A stretch of DNA of 64,000 nucleotides from Callorhinchus milii. Taxonomy: Eukaryota. Positions 62,558-64,000 of the stretch are shown one piece after another (positions within the stretch are counted from its first letter, which is position 1; every line of letters starts with the position of its first letter). The notes beneath the pieces are model-generated. The model worked only from the letters and a program-made list of their open reading frames with translations. It was not told the DNA's origin and ran no database searches. The translations under genes and the position numbers were made by a program. The stretch spans positions 930,001 to 994,000 of the forward strand of contig NW_024704742.1 of assembly GCF_018977255.1 (NCBI RefSeq), in the 5' to 3' direction.

Positions 62558-64000
62558 CTTATATCACCAGTCTATGGGAATTTACATGTGTAGGTTGGAT
62601 GCATGGAATTGAGTGTCACTAAGAAGCATTCATTGGTTCCTTGGGGTAACGAAAATTTCATGTGGAGCCTAAATTGAAACCAAAGCTCTAGGTTCCTCAG
62701 GATCAAATGGCTGTATTTACGCAGGGGATCTGAAAGAGGAAACTGTTAAGAACTTCCAGAACTACTTGTAAACTTTTTATAACCTATTTCTACTGCTTTA
62801 TTAATCCAAGAAGAACATTTTGCTTTGAATAATTTATTATAAAGGGCCTAATAAATATGTACGTATGTCACTAAAAAGAAAATCAATGTTTCAAATATAA
62901 TTTCCACTGGTTAATAGTACACATTTGCAACATATATACTACAGTATTTTGGAAGCTATAGACTAAGACAATATGGTGTACTTTATATAATAATAAATAT
63001 ATTACTTTGCTAATATATATGCTATTCAGAGAATGGATAGTTGCATGGGAGAGGAATTGGGGCGGGGGAGACAGAGGGGAAGAAAGTTACATACAATATA
63101 TTTTAACCAAATAACTTTTTAACTTAAGTACAACACTTTTAAACTAAACTTAAATTGTGAAATAAAGATATGAAAGACATGGAGAATAATGAGCAGTCGC
63201 AGTCTGAGAATAAATTAGAGACTGGATGAAAGAGAGCAGCTTTAGCAGAAGTAATGATTTTGTAAACATTTAGTTTCATGTGTTTTTTTTTTAGAAATAT
63301 ACATCAAAGACACAGTAATACTCTTAGCATCTGACTGGTACTAATACTACAGGTTTAACATTGAGTGATTCCTGAGCCTCATGGTGTATGAGGTGAAAAT
63401 GCTAACACAAATGGCTGGACATACCTAGGGGATAGAATTCTCTCGTCGATGCTCTAAAGTTCAAATCGATTATCATGAAAATATTGTTCCCCAACTTATA
63501 ATATTATACTCCTATCAAATACATTCGGTAGATATTATCTACTAGCTTTACTAACTGTATGCACGGGCAAAAAAAAAGTGGAGGCTTCGCTAACAATGAG
63601 GAACTAATTCCTGCAGCTGATGTGTTCAGTCAATCCTTTCGAGATTCCAGAAAGCCTCTCGAGACTAATCTTAGCATTAGCGCTATCAATATAATGGGAA
63701 AAAGCTGGTTAAGAATCTTTTGCTATTTCCTCTCATCATTTTCCACTTGGCCTTAATCCTTGTGTTCCATATGTTAGTGCTGGGTGGGTGGGTGGGAAGT
63801 GGGGGACGGAGGGGGAGCGCGGAGAGAGGAAGAGTTAAGGTCAACGAGGTCTTCACTTTTTTTTTTGGTGTCAGCGGGTGTCTGACACATGCGGAAACCC
63901 ATCACCGTGCTTGAGACTATCCAAACCAAATTGAAAGTTTCATGCGTCCCACCTACACATGGAAATTGCAGGGATATTTATTGTAATGGAATGCGCAATC

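Noticed and set aside
1..64000. CRISPR-like or regularly spaced repeat arrays; prokaryotic operons
   Set aside because: The recurring 30-60-nt motifs are dispersed SINE/LINE tails at irregular spacing and in both orientations

Overview
Repeat-rich vertebrate non-coding DNA (large intron or intergenic) with no protein-coding gene I can support. The repeat content suggests a cartilaginous fish, probably a chimaera such as Callorhinchus; this is inferred, not proven. It comprises tRNA-headed SINEs, Deu-domain SINEs, 5'-truncated L2 LINEs with (TTG)n tails and decayed CR1 LINEs. Nearly all ORFs in the track are antisense or decayed retroelement frames; the only recognisable protein remnants are L2 and CR1 ORF2 (reverse transcriptase region) fragments. 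Most notable observations: (1) an intact-looking minimal type I hammerhead ribozyme motif at 33422-33462, in a putative Penelope-like element remnant; (2) a palindromic element of the same family at ~23232-23440 carrying two decayed hammerheads; (3) two ~110-bp inverted duplications, one 98% identical and one ~87%; (4) a SINE family that appears to join a tRNA head, a CORE-like segment, the 3' part of the Deu domain and an L2-like tail; (5) a CpG-retaining unique block at ~31580-32380 with CTCF/YY1-like motifs and a 21-bp hairpin. Repeat boundaries were read by eye and are approximate; small tail-only fragments are not all listed.
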